Assembly: GCA_964411375.1 (NCBI GenBank)
Contig: CAYPKR010000001.1
Coordinates: forward strand, 40,227 to 104,226
Source of the DNA: an uncultured Candidatus Saccharibacteria bacterium
Lineage (GTDB): Bacteria; Patescibacteriota; Minisyncoccia; Phycocordibacterales; UBA12088
Direction: 5' to 3'
DNA length: 64,000 nucleotides
A program made the position numbers and the translations under genes. Below are positions 8,589-18,237 of the stretch, piece after piece. The stretch's first letter is position 1, and every line of letters begins with the position of its first letter. The notes below the pieces were generated by a model. The model had not been told where the DNA came from, searched no databases, and saw only the letters and a list, made by a program, of their open reading frames with translations.

Positions 8589-9110
8589 ATGGAAAAATGG
8601 AATGGAAAAGTCTGCATTACTGTTGGACTCGGCAAAAATGGCGCTAACAATAACGCGATCGGAAAAGATGGCGGCCTTTTGTGGCATATTCCAGATGATC
8701 TGAAGCGATTCAAGGCGCTTACCCTCGGGCACCCGATCATCATGGGGCGGAAAACCTTTGAATCGATTGTAAAAATGATTGGCAAACCGCTTCCGGGACG
8801 CACGAATATTGTCGTCACGAGAGATCCGGTCTGGGCATACGACGACGTCGCGGTGTTTCATTCGATCGAATCAGCACTTGAATATGCAAAAACGCTCGAC
8901 GATGTGGAAGTTCATATCGGCGGAGGGGGTGAAGTATATAAAGCAGCACTTCCCTACACGGACAAGCTCTATCTCACATTAATCGACGGAGAAAAAGAAG
9001 CGGATTCTTTTTTCCCAGAATATGAAAAAGAATTTACGAAGAAAACATTCGAGGAGGAGCATGAATTTGATGGACTTAAATATCGGTTTGTAAATCTGGA
9101 ACGGGAATAA
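8589..9110 (+). CDS. folA: dihydrofolate reductase
   Basis: GGLLWHIPDDLKRFKALTLGHPIIMGRKTFESI matches the DHFR signature. Confidence 0.9.
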   Translation: MEKWNGKVCITVGLGKNGANNNAIGKDGGLLWHIPDDLKRFKALTLGHPIIMGRKTFESIVKMIGKPLPGRTNIVVTRDPVWAYDDVAVFHSIESALEYAKTLDDVEVHIGGGGEVYKAALPYTDKLYLTLIDGEKEADSFFPEYEKEFTKKTFEEEHEFDGLKYRFVNLERE

Positions 9111-9164
9111 AAAAAGAGCGCGACTCCTGCGGTACACAGGTGTCGCGACTCACGATGCAAGATT

Positions 9165-9737
9165 TCATGCTGCAGATACGGTATCAAGACTCCACATGCC
9201 GAGCTTTATGATAGCAGCGAGAAAGGCTGCTCGACGGTCAGGAGGCGTATGAGAACTGCTTAGTCCGTGATGAAAGGATGTTGGACACCCAACCCATCTC
9301 GGATTGCGAATTTCTTTATTGCATTTGGGTATAAATGCATGAGTTGCCTGTACCGACACCAGAAACATATGCGTCCACGAGTAATCGCTTCTGGTTGATG
9401 CAATAACGCACGAATGCAATAATACTGACTCAGAAAAATCGAGATGTTGGAGTGTACCCTTACCGCATTCCTCACGGAGTTCTCTTCGAAGCACGGCCTC
9501 AAGAGAGACATCTTCTTCTTCCGGAGCACCTCCGGGAAATGTGAGTCGCGGAAATCTTTTTGGGCTATTTCCGCTATCGCACATGAAAATTGAGTCTTCG
9601 TGGCGAATGACTGCCTTGACACTGGCACGAGTGCCGGGTAGCGGTTTGCGAATCGACCTCCAGAGATCTCTTGGTATTGCTGTGAGTGAAATTGGGAGTT
9701 GGAAGTTAGAAGGGTTCTCTCTAGACTTCTTCGTCAT
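9165..9737 (-). CDS. NUDIX hydrolase
   Basis: Nudix box GGAPEEEDVSLEAVLRRELREECG. N-terminal start uncertain. Confidence 0.75.
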   Translation of the reverse strand: MTKKSRENPSNFQLPISLTAIPRDLWRSIRKPLPGTRASVKAVIRHEDSIFMCDSGNSPKRFPRLTFPGGAPEEEDVSLEAVLRRELREECGKGTLQHLDFSESVLLHSCVIASTRSDYSWTHMFLVSVQATHAFIPKCNKEIRNPRWVGCPTSFHHGLSSSHTPPDRRAAFLAAIIKLGMWSLDTVSAA

Positions 9738-9802
9738 TACCGCCTTCCTCGTTTGTGTTCAGATCTGAAAAAAGCCTACGTCTCATTTGGAGATGAGTCA
9801 AG

Positions 9803-9840
9803 AAACAGCCGCGGCGCCAAAGGCGCCGCGGCTGTTTCTT
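9803..9840 (-). terminator. perfect GC-rich palindrome (AAACAGCCGCGGCGCC-AAA-GGCGCCGCGGCTGTTT), terminator after rplK
   Basis: 16-bp arms with the same CCGCGGCGC core as the 4.2/4.7-kb hairpins. T-rich on the plus-strand side. Confidence 0.7.
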
Positions 9841-9859
9841 ATTTATATTTTGAAGTCTC

Positions 9860-10282
9860 TTATTTAACCTCAACCCCCATCGATCGTGCCGTACCTGCGA
9901 TCACATTCATTGCAGCATCGACATCGTTTGCGTTAAGGTCAGGCATCTTCTTCTCTGCGATTTCGCGTAGCTGGGTCTTGTTCAATGTTCCAACCTTTGA
10001 AACCAAGTTTTTTCCAGAGCCCTTGTCCTTGCCGAGTGCTTTGAGGATCAAGGTCGATGCAGGAGAAACCTTGAGTATGAAGTCGTAGGTTCGGTCTTCG
10101 TATACCGTGATTTCAACTGGCGTGAGGTCGCCCATATTTGGACGTGTCGCTTCGTTAAATTTATTAACGAAGTCGCCAATGTTGATTCCTGCCTGTCCAA
10201 GTGCCGGACCAATAGGAGGAGCCGGGGTTGCCTTCCCCGCAGGAATGATAAGTTTGAGTTTTTTAGTGATTTTCTTTGCCAT
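9860..10282 (-). CDS. rplK: 50S ribosomal protein L11
   Basis: [35 protein letters not shown] is a near-universal L11 sequence. Confidence 0.97.
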   Translation of the reverse strand: MAKKITKKLKLIIPAGKATPAPPIGPALGQAGINIGDFVNKFNEATRPNMGDLTPVEITVYEDRTYDFILKVSPASTLILKALGKDKGSGKNLVSKVGTLNKTQLREIAEKKMPDLNANDVDAAMNVIAGTARSMGVEVK

Positions 10283-10306
10283 ATTTTCTAGCTCGGTTAC
10301 CGTACC

Positions 10307-10852
10307 TTATATTCGCTTAACCTGCAAGAAGTCGAGCTCAACTGGGGTCTCGCGACCGAACATCGGCACCAAGACCTTGACTTTGCCGCGCTCTTCGTCG
10401 ATTTCGCCGACCTTTCCTTCAAGTTCCTTGAATGGGCCGTCAACGACAATAACTGGATCATCAATCTGGAGTTCAATCTGATGCTTCACCGTGTCAGACG
10501 ACATGCGCTTCATCAAAATGTCCACCTCCTTTTCTTCCAAAGGGACCGGATGCACGCCGGAGCCGACGAAACCGGTGACGCGCGGCGTGTTTCGAACCAA
10601 GTACCACGAATCATCGGTAACGATCATGTTGACCAAGATGTAACCGGGATAGACTTTCTCCTCTTCTTCTGCGCGCTTGCCGCCTTTAATCTTGATTTTC
10701 TTTTCAGTTGGAACAACGACTTCAAAAATTTTATCTTCCATTCCAAGCGATTCGATGCGTTGTTTCAAATTGCGCTCGACTGCTTTTTCATAGCCTGCAT
10801 AGGTGTGGATCGCGTACCACCGTCTCTCTCCCGTTGTTTCTTGTTTTGACAT
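10307..10852 (-). CDS. nusG: transcription termination/antitermination factor NusG
   Basis: RWYAIHTYAGYEKAVERNL NGN domain plus C-terminal KOW (VGEIDEERGKVKVLVPMFGRETPVELDF). Confidence 0.95.
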   Translation of the reverse strand: MSKQETTGERRWYAIHTYAGYEKAVERNLKQRIESLGMEDKIFEVVVPTEKKIKIKGGKRAEEEEKVYPGYILVNMIVTDDSWYLVRNTPRVTGFVGSGVHPVPLEEKEVDILMKRMSSDTVKHQIELQIDDPVIVVDGPFKELEGKVGEIDEERGKVKVLVPMFGRETPVELDFLQVKRI

Positions 10853-10878
10853 ACCAGTTCAATACAAAGATGAATAAT

Positions 10879-11064
10879 TTAATTCAAAATAAATGTCGAG
10901 AGAATGCGGGAGAATCCGAAGTCAGCAAATCCGAGGAAGAGTGCGGCGATCAAAGAAATGGTGATAACAAGCGCGGTGTAGGTAATCGCCTGTTTCTGTG
11001 TTGGGAAAGTAACGTGTGCCAATTCTGCGCGCGTATCTTTGAGGTAATTGATGAGTCGATTCAT
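10879..11064 (-). CDS. secE: preprotein translocase subunit SecE
   Basis: 61-aa single-TM protein immediately upstream of nusG-rplK (conserved operon order). Confidence 0.8.
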   Translation of the reverse strand: MNRLINYLKDTRAELAHVTFPTQKQAITYTALVITISLIAALFLGFADFGFSRILSTFILN

Positions 11065-11144
11065 ATGTTTTCTCGTTATAAAAAACCGCCCCGGGGGGCT
11101 GTTCGATACGAGTAAAGATACAGGGGATTTAGGAACCTGTCAAG

Positions 11145-11180
11145 AAAGCAAAACCCCGACTTCAATCGGGGTTTTGCTTT
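11145..11180 (-). terminator. hairpin terminator (AAAGCAAAACCCCGA-CTTCAAT-CGGGGTTTTGCTTT)
   Basis: Perfect stem flanked by A- and T-runs, between secE and the SIMPL-domain gene. Confidence 0.7.
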
Positions 11181-11195
11181 CTTTGAGTACGTTTT

Positions 11196-12002
11196 TTACC
11201 AGATCTCGTACGTGATAGTAACGTAGGAAGTAATTTGATTTTGCCCAGTCTGGATTTCGGGAGCTGCCTGTAAAGCAACCGCCGAGTCCACGGTCTTCCC
11301 TCCCATTCCCATCGCATAGTATGGCATTGGTTGATTGCCGTTTTCGCTAAAGGCGAGAACTTTACCGAGACGAACACCGAGTTGTTTTGCAAGCGCCGCT
11401 CCTTTTGTTTTTGCATCAGTGATTGCTTTCTCACGCGCATCTGCCTGAAGCTTAGTATCATCATCAATCGTAAACTGGAGTCCTGAAACTGATGTTGCAC
11501 CTTTAGTCGTTGCCCCAGCAAGCAAGTCTCCTGCTTTTTCAGTATCGCGTACCTTTACCATCACGGTGTGAGATGCGGTGAAGCCTTTCAGCACCTGATT
11601 TCCTGGACGACACTCGGAAGCCGTACAAATTCCCTGTACGTATTCATAGCGAGGAGAAACATCGTAGCCAACCGTCTTGATATCTTTCTCATCGATGCCG
11701 GCTGATTTGAAATATGCAATGACTGCGTTCATTTTTTCCGTTGCAGCCTTTTCTGCTTCGGCTGCAGTTGGCTTATCTTGTGAGACGCTTGCGCTAAATG
11801 TAGCGATATCAGGAACCGCAAATACTTCGCCCGTCCCAGAAAGCGTAATCGAATGCTCCCCAGTTTCTGATCCAATGTAGTGGTATCGCTTGAGGGCGTT
11901 AATCGTAAGCACGATCAAAAATGCGGCAAGCGCAATAAGGACGAGCGTCACCATTTTGCCAAAACGGCTGGTCTGCATAAACGACGGCGATTCGCTATTC
12001 AT
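11196..12002 (-). CDS. SIMPL/DUF541-domain periplasmic protein (BP26-like)
   Basis: N-terminal TM/signal, then a pattern resembling DUF541 (GEVFAVPDIATFSASV ... TVGYDVSPRYEY ... LQFTIDDDTKLQADAREKAITDAKTKGAALA). Confidence 0.65.
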   Translation of the reverse strand: MNSESPSFMQTSRFGKMVTLVLIALAAFLIVLTINALKRYHYIGSETGEHSITLSGTGEVFAVPDIATFSASVSQDKPTAAEAEKAATEKMNAVIAYFKSAGIDEKDIKTVGYDVSPRYEYVQGICTASECRPGNQVLKGFTASHTVMVKVRDTEKAGDLLAGATTKGATSVSGLQFTIDDDTKLQADAREKAITDAKTKGAALAKQLGVRLGKVLAFSENGNQPMPYYAMGMGGKTVDSAVALQAAPEIQTGQNQITSYVTITYEIW

Positions 12003-12086
12003 AGGAGATAGTTATTGTTAATTGGATACGGTTAAGTATACCAGACACCCTCTCTGACGAAGTTTGTCCCCTGCTATTACAACCAA

Positions 12087-12497
12087 TCACAAAAGTAGAC
12101 TTGCGATAGAGAACGCCATCAAGGAAACCGTGAGTGAGGAGATCGTACCCCAGACCATATCGACAATGACGACTCGAAGCGGCCAATCGCGGAGCGTGGC
12201 TAAATTGGTGAGATCATACGTCGCGTACGTGAAAAATCCGAACAGACCCCCGAGAATCGCGGCACCGAGAAATGTGTGCGCAATAATCGAAGGCGAGATT
12301 GCAAAAAACATAAGGCCGATAACATATAGTACATAAAATACGATACCCGCCTTCCAGTGCGTACGATCACTCATCAAATGCCCGACTCCTTGGCGATAAA
12401 AATCACGCATCACCACACCGATCCATAGCAAATCGAGAACCGCAAATAAGGCAAGCGTGCTGAGAAAGACAATAATGTACGGAAAGATTGAGGGCAT
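12087..12497 (-). CDS. DUF2177-like small membrane protein
   Basis: 4-TM protein. Paralogous to 12955..13353 (shared motifs YGTYDFTN / YATYDLTN and VDILWG / VDMVWG). Confidence 0.5.
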   Translation of the reverse strand: MPSIFPYIIVFLSTLALFAVLDLLWIGVVMRDFYRQGVGHLMSDRTHWKAGIVFYVLYVIGLMFFAISPSIIAHTFLGAAILGGLFGFFTYATYDLTNLATLRDWPLRVVIVDMVWGTISSLTVSLMAFSIASLLL

Positions 12498-12508
12498 TCA
12501 ATAAATCA

Positions 12509-12946
12509 TTACGCGTTTTTCTTAAGCAAGTCTCTGATTTCTTCGAGCAATTTTTCTTCGCCTGATTTTTCGGGAGGGAGTGTCGGCTTCTCTTCTTCCT
12601 TGCGACGGAGACGCGTAATTAATTTAACCATGAGGAAGATTGCGATTGCAGTGATGGTGAAATCAAAAACAGTCTGGAGAAAATTTCCGTAGGTCAGCAT
12701 AATAGGCTGCGACGTAATTGCGCCTGATGCATCGAGCTTTACTCCACGAAGCGGTATCGAGAGTTCCTTGAAATTGACGCCACCGGCAAATATACCAACC
12801 AAAGGAGTAATGACGTCAGTTACCAAAGAGCTTACGATCTTACCGAACGCTGCGCCGATCACCACACCGACTGCCAAGTCGACAACATTTCCTTTAATCG
12901 CAAAGGCTTTAAATTCAGTGAAAAATCCTCGTACTTGTTTTTTCAT
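12509..12946 (-). CDS. mscL: large-conductance mechanosensitive channel
   Basis: Starts at internal Met MKKQVRGFFTEFKAFAIKGNVVDLAVGVVIGAAFGKIV, the canonical MscL N-terminus. Confidence 0.9.
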   Translation of the reverse strand: MKKQVRGFFTEFKAFAIKGNVVDLAVGVVIGAAFGKIVSSLVTDVITPLVGIFAGGVNFKELSIPLRGVKLDASGAITSQPIMLTYGNFLQTVFDFTITAIAIFLMVKLITRLRRKEEEKPTLPPEKSGEEKLLEEIRDLLKKNA

Positions 12947-12954
12947 AGTAGGTT

Positions 12955-13353
12955 TTATTTTTGAGCTACAGTTACTGCTATGGTTGCAGCGGCAGCAGTG
13001 AGCGTCATACCCCATAGTATATCAACAATCGTTACTGAAAATGTCCAACCAAGTAGCGTTGTTTGGTTGGTAAAATCATACGTTCCGTAGGCAACAAACC
13101 CGAGCAGTGCGCCATAGCGGGCGGCATTTTGTATAGATTTTTCCCTCAATGCAGGACGCGTTGCAAAAAAGAATATCCCGAATGAATAGCAAATATAAAA
13201 CAGGACGGCGCCAAGCACATTGATCGACGGCGCCATGATCGCAAAGAGGTGGCGCTCGTAAAACGCGCTCATGAGGTAGCCAACCCAGGTAATATCGCCA
13301 ACTACCAGAACCAGAAGGCCCACGAAGTAGGCCAGGAAATGCGATCTCTTCAT
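12955..13353 (-). CDS. DUF2177-like small membrane protein (paralog)
   Basis: Starts at internal Met MKRSHFLAYF (ATG 13351-13353). Similar to 12087..12497. Confidence 0.5.
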   Translation of the reverse strand: MKRSHFLAYFVGLLVLVVGDITWVGYLMSAFYERHLFAIMAPSINVLGAVLFYICYSFGIFFFATRPALREKSIQNAARYGALLGFVAYGTYDFTNQTTLLGWTFSVTIVDILWGMTLTAAAATIAVTVAQK

Positions 13354-13360
13354 GTGACAA

Positions 13361-13912
13361 TTATACCCCTCCTTCCGATGTTTCAAATGGTGCGTACGTA
13401 TTTGGCATACCAAATGGTTTCGGGGAGAGGATAAGCATCCAATTTTGCTCATCGGTAATCTCACTACTCCACCGCGCAACAAAATCTTTGCGCGGCATTT
13501 TGACGAGTCCAAGCCATGGATCATTGATGATCACATGAAAGCGCGTGAGTCCGGTCACCACTACATAGTGGAATTGATCCCACGCTCCCCACTTCCCTTG
13601 CGGCCAATCAGGCATGAAGAGATGCACAATCGCAGGATAGCCTTTCTTTAGAAATGATCGAAGTTCATCGATCGTCGCATTCTTGTCCGCATACACCCAA
13701 AAGCCAGACGCTCTCGCTGCGTTCATCATGTTGCGATGCCAGGTGCCAATTGCTTCGTTCGTATCAGCCAACTTGGCAAGATCTTCAGCGGACTTCCGCA
13801 CGCCGAAATAGGCCAAAACCATCTGAAGCGCTGTTGGCCCGCAATAATATTCCGCCGGCTGTTTGTAGTACGGCACGGGGAGCGTATTCGTTTGTATCTG
13901 TTTCGTGGTCAT
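13361..13912 (-). CDS. papain-like cysteine peptidase (peptidase C39-like)
   Basis: YYKQPAEYYCGPTALQMVLAYFG matches the C39/C39-2 Cys motif. A later His region is also present. Confidence 0.6.
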   Translation of the reverse strand: MTTKQIQTNTLPVPYYKQPAEYYCGPTALQMVLAYFGVRKSAEDLAKLADTNEAIGTWHRNMMNAARASGFWVYADKNATIDELRSFLKKGYPAIVHLFMPDWPQGKWGAWDQFHYVVVTGLTRFHVIINDPWLGLVKMPRKDFVARWSSEITDEQNWMLILSPKPFGMPNTYAPFETSEGGV

Positions 13913-14034
13913 GATAAAAAGTTGCCGCGAATAACGGAACGTCGTCGTTCTCCGATGTAAAAATATTTTCGGACATGAGGAAAGTTTGTCTGAATATTTT
14001 CCTATATTCAGAATGGAACTGCAACCAAGATAGG

Positions 14035-15825
14035 TTACTCCCCTCCTCGCTTTGCCTTTGCTCGTCCTTGTTCAGTGAGAACTTGTTTACGTAGACGCAC
14101 GTTTTTTGGAGTGACTTCGAGGTATTCGTCACCATGCATGATTTCAAGTGCGCGCTCAATAGTAAGTTGCCATGCAGGAACCAAATCAATGGCTTCGTCC
14201 GCACCACTTGAGCGAACGTTCGTGAGTTGTTTTCCTTTAGTTGGATTAACGGTCATCTCTTCTCCTTTCGATGAATTACCGATAACCATTCCTTCGTACA
14301 CTTCAGTTTGCGGAATGATGTAGAGCATTCCACGATCTTGAAGATTCCAGAGTGAGAATGCGACCGCGGTTCCTGTCGCCATCGATGTCATTGAGCCAAC
14401 GTCTCGCTTCTCAATATTTCCAACATATGGACGGAATCCAATGACGCGACTTGCAAAGATTCCTTCACCTTTCGTATCAATCACAAACTGGTTCCGGTAG
14501 CCGAGAATGCCGCGCGTCGGTCCTTCAAACACCATTCGAACAGTATTTCCATGCGTTTTCATGTTGTTCATGATTGCCGCACGCTTTCCGAGTTTTTCGA
14601 TCACCACTCCCTGCGATTCACTTGGTACGTCAATGGTAATTTCTTCAAACGGCTCTGATTTAACGCCATCAATTTCTTTGATGATAACCTGTGGCTCGGA
14701 TACTTGGAGTTCATATCCTTCACGTCGCATTGTTTCAAGCAAAATTGAAATGTGGAGTTCGCCGCGACCGTACACTTTAAATACATCGTTTTGCGAAAAG
14801 TCGACTTTAAGTCCGACGTTCACTTCGAGTTCGCGCTCAAGTCGATCGCGAATTTGGCGAATGGTGACAAACTTACCGTCTTTCCCAGCGAACGGAGAAT
14901 TGTTAACGAGGAAATTGAGAACGATGGTTGGCTCATCCACCGTGATTGCGGGAAGTGCTTCGAATTCTGTTCCAGAGCCAATAGTGTCGCCAATAAAAAT
15001 TTCTGGAAGACCAGCAAGCATGATGATGTCACCTGCCGATGCTTCGTTTGTTTCAACACGTGAAAGTCCTTTGAAAGTAAACAGCTTGGTGATCCTGCCA
15101 GAAAAATTATTTCCTTGCATTCCTTTCACATTCACGACTTCACCCATTTTGATCGTACCTTCGTAAATGCGACACACTGCCATGCGTCCGAGAAAATTGT
15201 CGTATGCAAGATTAAACGGCTGCGCGCGAAGCGAAAGTGTTTCCTTCCCTGCTCCCGCATCGGGTACTTTTTCAAGAATAAGATCGAGAAGCGGTGTGAG
15301 ATCTTTTGATTCATCAGTCAAATTTTTCTTTGCAACACCGTCACGACCGATTGCGTAGATTACGGGGAAATCGCTCTGTGCATCATTCGCACCAAGATCG
15401 AGAAACAGTTCCAATACTTCTTCTTCCACGCGATCAGGATCAGCTGCTGGTTTATCGATCTTGTTGATGACAACAATTGGATGAAAGCCGAGTTCGAGTG
15501 ACTTTTTGAGAACAAAGCGTGTCTGAGGCATTGGACCTTCTTGTGCGTCCACCACCAAAATCACATCGTCAATTGAGCGAAGCACGCGCTCAACTTCCGA
15601 TCCGAAGTCTGCGTGTCCAGGCGTGTCGACAATATTTATCTTTGTTCCTTTGTATTCAACTGACGCATTTTTTGCATAGATAGTAATGCCGCGCTCTTTT
15701 TCGAGTGCATTCGAGTCCATCGACACGCCTTCAGACACGGCACCAGTCTGACGCAGGATTGCGTCAGTCAGAGTTGTCTTGCCATGGTCCACATGGGCGA
15801 TGATTGCAATGTTTCGGATTTCCAT
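14035..15825 (-). CDS. typA: translational GTPase TypA/BipA
   Basis: [27 protein letters not shown] and NKIDK G-motifs. 596 aa, full length. Confidence 0.95.
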   Translation of the reverse strand: MEIRNIAIIAHVDHGKTTLTDAILRQTGAVSEGVSMDSNALEKERGITIYAKNASVEYKGTKINIVDTPGHADFGSEVERVLRSIDDVILVVDAQEGPMPQTRFVLKKSLELGFHPIVVINKIDKPAADPDRVEEEVLELFLDLGANDAQSDFPVIYAIGRDGVAKKNLTDESKDLTPLLDLILEKVPDAGAGKETLSLRAQPFNLAYDNFLGRMAVCRIYEGTIKMGEVVNVKGMQGNNFSGRITKLFTFKGLSRVETNEASAGDIIMLAGLPEIFIGDTIGSGTEFEALPAITVDEPTIVLNFLVNNSPFAGKDGKFVTIRQIRDRLERELEVNVGLKVDFSQNDVFKVYGRGELHISILLETMRREGYELQVSEPQVIIKEIDGVKSEPFEEITIDVPSESQGVVIEKLGKRAAIMNNMKTHGNTVRMVFEGPTRGILGYRNQFVIDTKGEGIFASRVIGFRPYVGNIEKRDVGSMTSMATGTAVAFSLWNLQDRGMLYIIPQTEVYEGMVIGNSSKGEEMTVNPTKGKQLTNVRSSGADEAIDLVPAWQLTIERALEIMHGDEYLEVTPKNVRLRKQVLTEQGRAKAKRGGE

Positions 15826-15886
15826 AATGTAAACAAAAAACGCGCGAGCGGCGTAGATGCACCATACAACATTTTACATATTTTAG

Positions 15887-16456
15887 CTATAGCACGGCAG
15901 CAAGAGTGCCGATTGCGAGTATTCCAATGACGTTGAAAAAATACGACATCAAAATAAATTGATATGTTTTGATTCCCGAAAAACCAAGCATCGTGAGACC
16001 GAGTTCATCCGGTAAGGGAGAAGCGATAATGAGCGCGCCAAAAAGTGGAAGCGCCCATTCAAAGAGTTCGGTATGAAAGAGATGGAAAAGACGCTTGTAT
16101 TTTTTCTTTTCAAAGAGAAACGCCACGTCTTTGGTGACATCGGTATGAATGAAGTGAAACAAGAAAAGATCGCCTATGACCGAACCGAGCCCGCCAATAA
16201 TTGCTACTTGCCAAAGCGGTGCTTGTTGGGAAATTTCATAGAGTGCCGCAATTGCAGGTGCAGTCGTGAAAATCGAAGTGAAAAATACTCCTGCAATGAA
16301 ACTTGCGAATATCGGTGCGTTGGCAAAATGCGCAAGAAGGTCGTGGATGACGCCACTCGTAATAATCCAGTCCCCCACCAAAAGTCCAAGTATCAAAAAG
16401 AGAAAATCGCGCTTCACACGCCTCCACGCCTCTTTCTTTCGAGGAACTCCCCGCAT
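15887..16456 (-). CDS. hypothetical integral membrane protein
   Basis: 189 aa with multiple hydrophobic segments. No recognised motif. Confidence 0.45.
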   Translation of the reverse strand: MRGVPRKKEAWRRVKRDFLFLILGLLVGDWIITSGVIHDLLAHFANAPIFASFIAGVFFTSIFTTAPAIAALYEISQQAPLWQVAIIGGLGSVIGDLFLFHFIHTDVTKDVAFLFEKKKYKRLFHLFHTELFEWALPLFGALIIASPLPDELGLTMLGFSGIKTYQFILMSYFFNVIGILAIGTLAAVL

Positions 16457-16543
16457 CAGGACTTTAGTATAGCAGTCTGTGGAAAGAGGAAGTGATGACT
16501 TTTCCTCATCATGCTATCGTTTTAGGGAAGAAATTACTCATTA

Positions 16544-17152
16544 ATGTCGAATATGAAGGTATATTACGTCGAAGCGTTTGGTACTTTTACGCTCTCACTC
16601 ATTGTTGCGCTCTCGCTTGCTGGCATGTTTCCAGTTTCAACGCCGGTGCTTGCGGCAATGACGCTCGCACTTTTTGTGTATACCGTAGGGCATGTTTCCG
16701 GTACACATATCAATCCAGCAGTAACGATTGGACTTTGGTCGATCGGAAAGATGGAAGCACGGGAAGCTTTAATGTATATCATTGCGCAATTCCTCGGTGC
16801 CGCGGCAGCATTTTTTCTCGCACAATATTTTATTCCAAGCCTCGCATACTTCCATGGTGGACCTGGACGGATTGAAGCGGCGCTCGCAGAAGGACTTGGC
16901 GCAATCTTATTTGGATTTGGTATCGCGTCAGTTGTATACGGCAAAGTATCGGATGAAATGAAAGGACTCGTTATTGGGGGTTCCCTCCTTCTTGGTATCT
17001 CACTCGCGTTTTTTGCGGGGTCCCTTGGAATTCTAAATCCTGCAGTTGCGCTCGCAGTCAATGCATTCAACTTAATGTATCTTCTCGGCCCGATTGCAGG
17101 AATGGTAATCGGTATGTGGATGTACAAACTCTTCGCGACAAATATCAAATAA
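16544..17152 (+). CDS. MIP-family channel (aquaporin / glycerol facilitator-like)
   Basis: Two NPA motifs (HINPAVT and LNPAVAL). About 6 TM helices. Confidence 0.85.
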   Translation: MSNMKVYYVEAFGTFTLSLIVALSLAGMFPVSTPVLAAMTLALFVYTVGHVSGTHINPAVTIGLWSIGKMEAREALMYIIAQFLGAAAAFFLAQYFIPSLAYFHGGPGRIEAALAEGLGAILFGFGIASVVYGKVSDEMKGLVIGGSLLLGISLAFFAGSLGILNPAVALAVNAFNLMYLLGPIAGMVIGMWMYKLFATNIK

Positions 17153-17168
17153 AGAGATGCACTCCCAA

Positions 17169-17202
17169 ACAAAAAACGGCAGTCGCCGTTTTTTGTTTTT
17201 TT
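17169..17202 (+). terminator. intrinsic terminator after the aquaporin gene
   Basis: AAAAAACGGCAGTCGCCGTTTTTTGTTTTTTT. Confidence 0.75.
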
Positions 17203-17208
17203 GGTAGC

Positions 17209-17448
17209 TTATATATTCCCTATCGCGCCGTACGTGGAGATAAATGATGGTATCGCAAAAAGCAAACCGAGTAGCGGCAGAATAAATAACGCTGCGCTTC
17301 CAATCAGCATCCACAAAAAATACTTTCGCATTCGCTCAGACGATACATATACCTTGTCGAGCTTTTCAGAAAGCTCATCAAACTTTTTTTGGAGTTCTTG
17401 GTCGTTCATAAAATATAGTATAGCAAAAACAGGTACGTATCCTTTCAA
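17209..17448 (-). CDS. hypothetical small membrane protein
   Basis: 79 aa with a C-terminal TM segment. Confidence 0.35.
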   Translation of the reverse strand: MKGYVPVFAILYFMNDQELQKKFDELSEKLDKVYVSSERMRKYFLWMLIGSAALFILPLLGLLFAIPSFISTYGAIGNI

Positions 17449-17460
17449 AAGAAAGACATA

Positions 17461-18042
17461 TTATTTCGTATTCAGATACAAAATACTTGTTTGAAGTACG
17501 GTTGCAAACGCGCCCCAGAGTAAGTACGGAAGGAGGAGTATGAAAATAAGCGGATATGTTCCCCACACGAACCATTCAATATATAGAACCGTCAGTAACA
17601 CGACATATATGTCGAGGGTTGCTCCGATAAATGGGCTCACGCGAAGCTGGATAGGAGTATAGACAACATTCGCGATCAAATTGAGAACAAATACGAGAAA
17701 GAGCGAAAGCGGTGCGAAGCCTACCCACACCAAATAGCCGAGCCGAAGAAAGGCAATTCCAATCAGCGGATAAATAATGCTCCACGCAAGACCAAAGAAC
17801 CATGGAGGTGGAGCGAAAAATGGTTTTTTTATTGAGGAGTAGAAAGTTCGGTAGTCCACTTGCCTATTGTAATGCAGAGAAAGAAGTGGAGACAGGTACT
17901 GGGAATCGGTCACCAGTATTTTTCCTAGCGGAAAAATCTCGCGACCTCGCCTCGCCGACAAGTCTCGCTGCGCTCGCTTGTGTACCGGCTGCGGCTTCGA
18001 TTCCCGGACATAAGGCGCGCAGGCGCTTTGCTTAGTCGCCAA
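17461..18042 (-). CDS. tspO: TspO/MBR family tryptophan-rich sensory protein; N-terminus uncertain
   Basis: KKPFFAPPPWFFGLAWSIIYPLIGIAF matches the TspO signature. The upstream part of the ORF is not obviously membrane-like. Confidence 0.6.
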   Translation of the reverse strand: MATKQSACAPYVRESKPQPVHKRAQRDLSARRGREIFPLGKILVTDSQYLSPLLSLHYNRQVDYRTFYSSIKKPFFAPPPWFFGLAWSIIYPLIGIAFLRLGYLVWVGFAPLSLFLVFVLNLIANVVYTPIQLRVSPFIGATLDIYVVLLTVLYIEWFVWGTYPLIFILLLPYLLWGAFATVLQTSILYLNTK

Positions 18043-18074
18043 AAGAAAAAACGGCTTGCGCCGATTTTTCTTTT

Positions 18075-18150
18075 TGGGGCGACTACCGGGAATCGAACCC
18101 GGATTGAGAGCTCCACAAGCTCCAGTGTTGACCGTTACACCATAGTCGCC
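18075..18150 (-). tRNA. tRNA-His (GTG), with encoded G-1 and CCA
   Basis: Reverse complement GGCGACTATGGTGTAACGGTCAACACTGGAGCTTGTGGAGCTCTCAATCCGGGTTCGATTCCCGGTAGTCGCCCCA. Cloverleaf with anticodon GTG and an extra 5-prime G pairing with discriminator C. Confidence 0.9.
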
Positions 18151-18237
18151 ATGTAGCGACAGTTATAGCAGAACTACTGATAAAAAAGAAGACGCGCTGC
18201 AGTTTCTTTGAAACTGCAGCGCGTATACCCTCTCATG

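Noticed and set aside
8481-8861. 126-aa minus-strand ORF, plus nested 80-aa ORF
   Set aside because: Antisense to the well-supported folA and extending into the noncoding leader. No motif.
14507-15166. 219-aa plus-strand ORF
   Set aside because: Antisense to typA, Ser-rich junk.
16564-17172. 202-aa minus-strand ORF
   Set aside because: Exactly antisense to the aquaporin gene, which has two NPA motifs.
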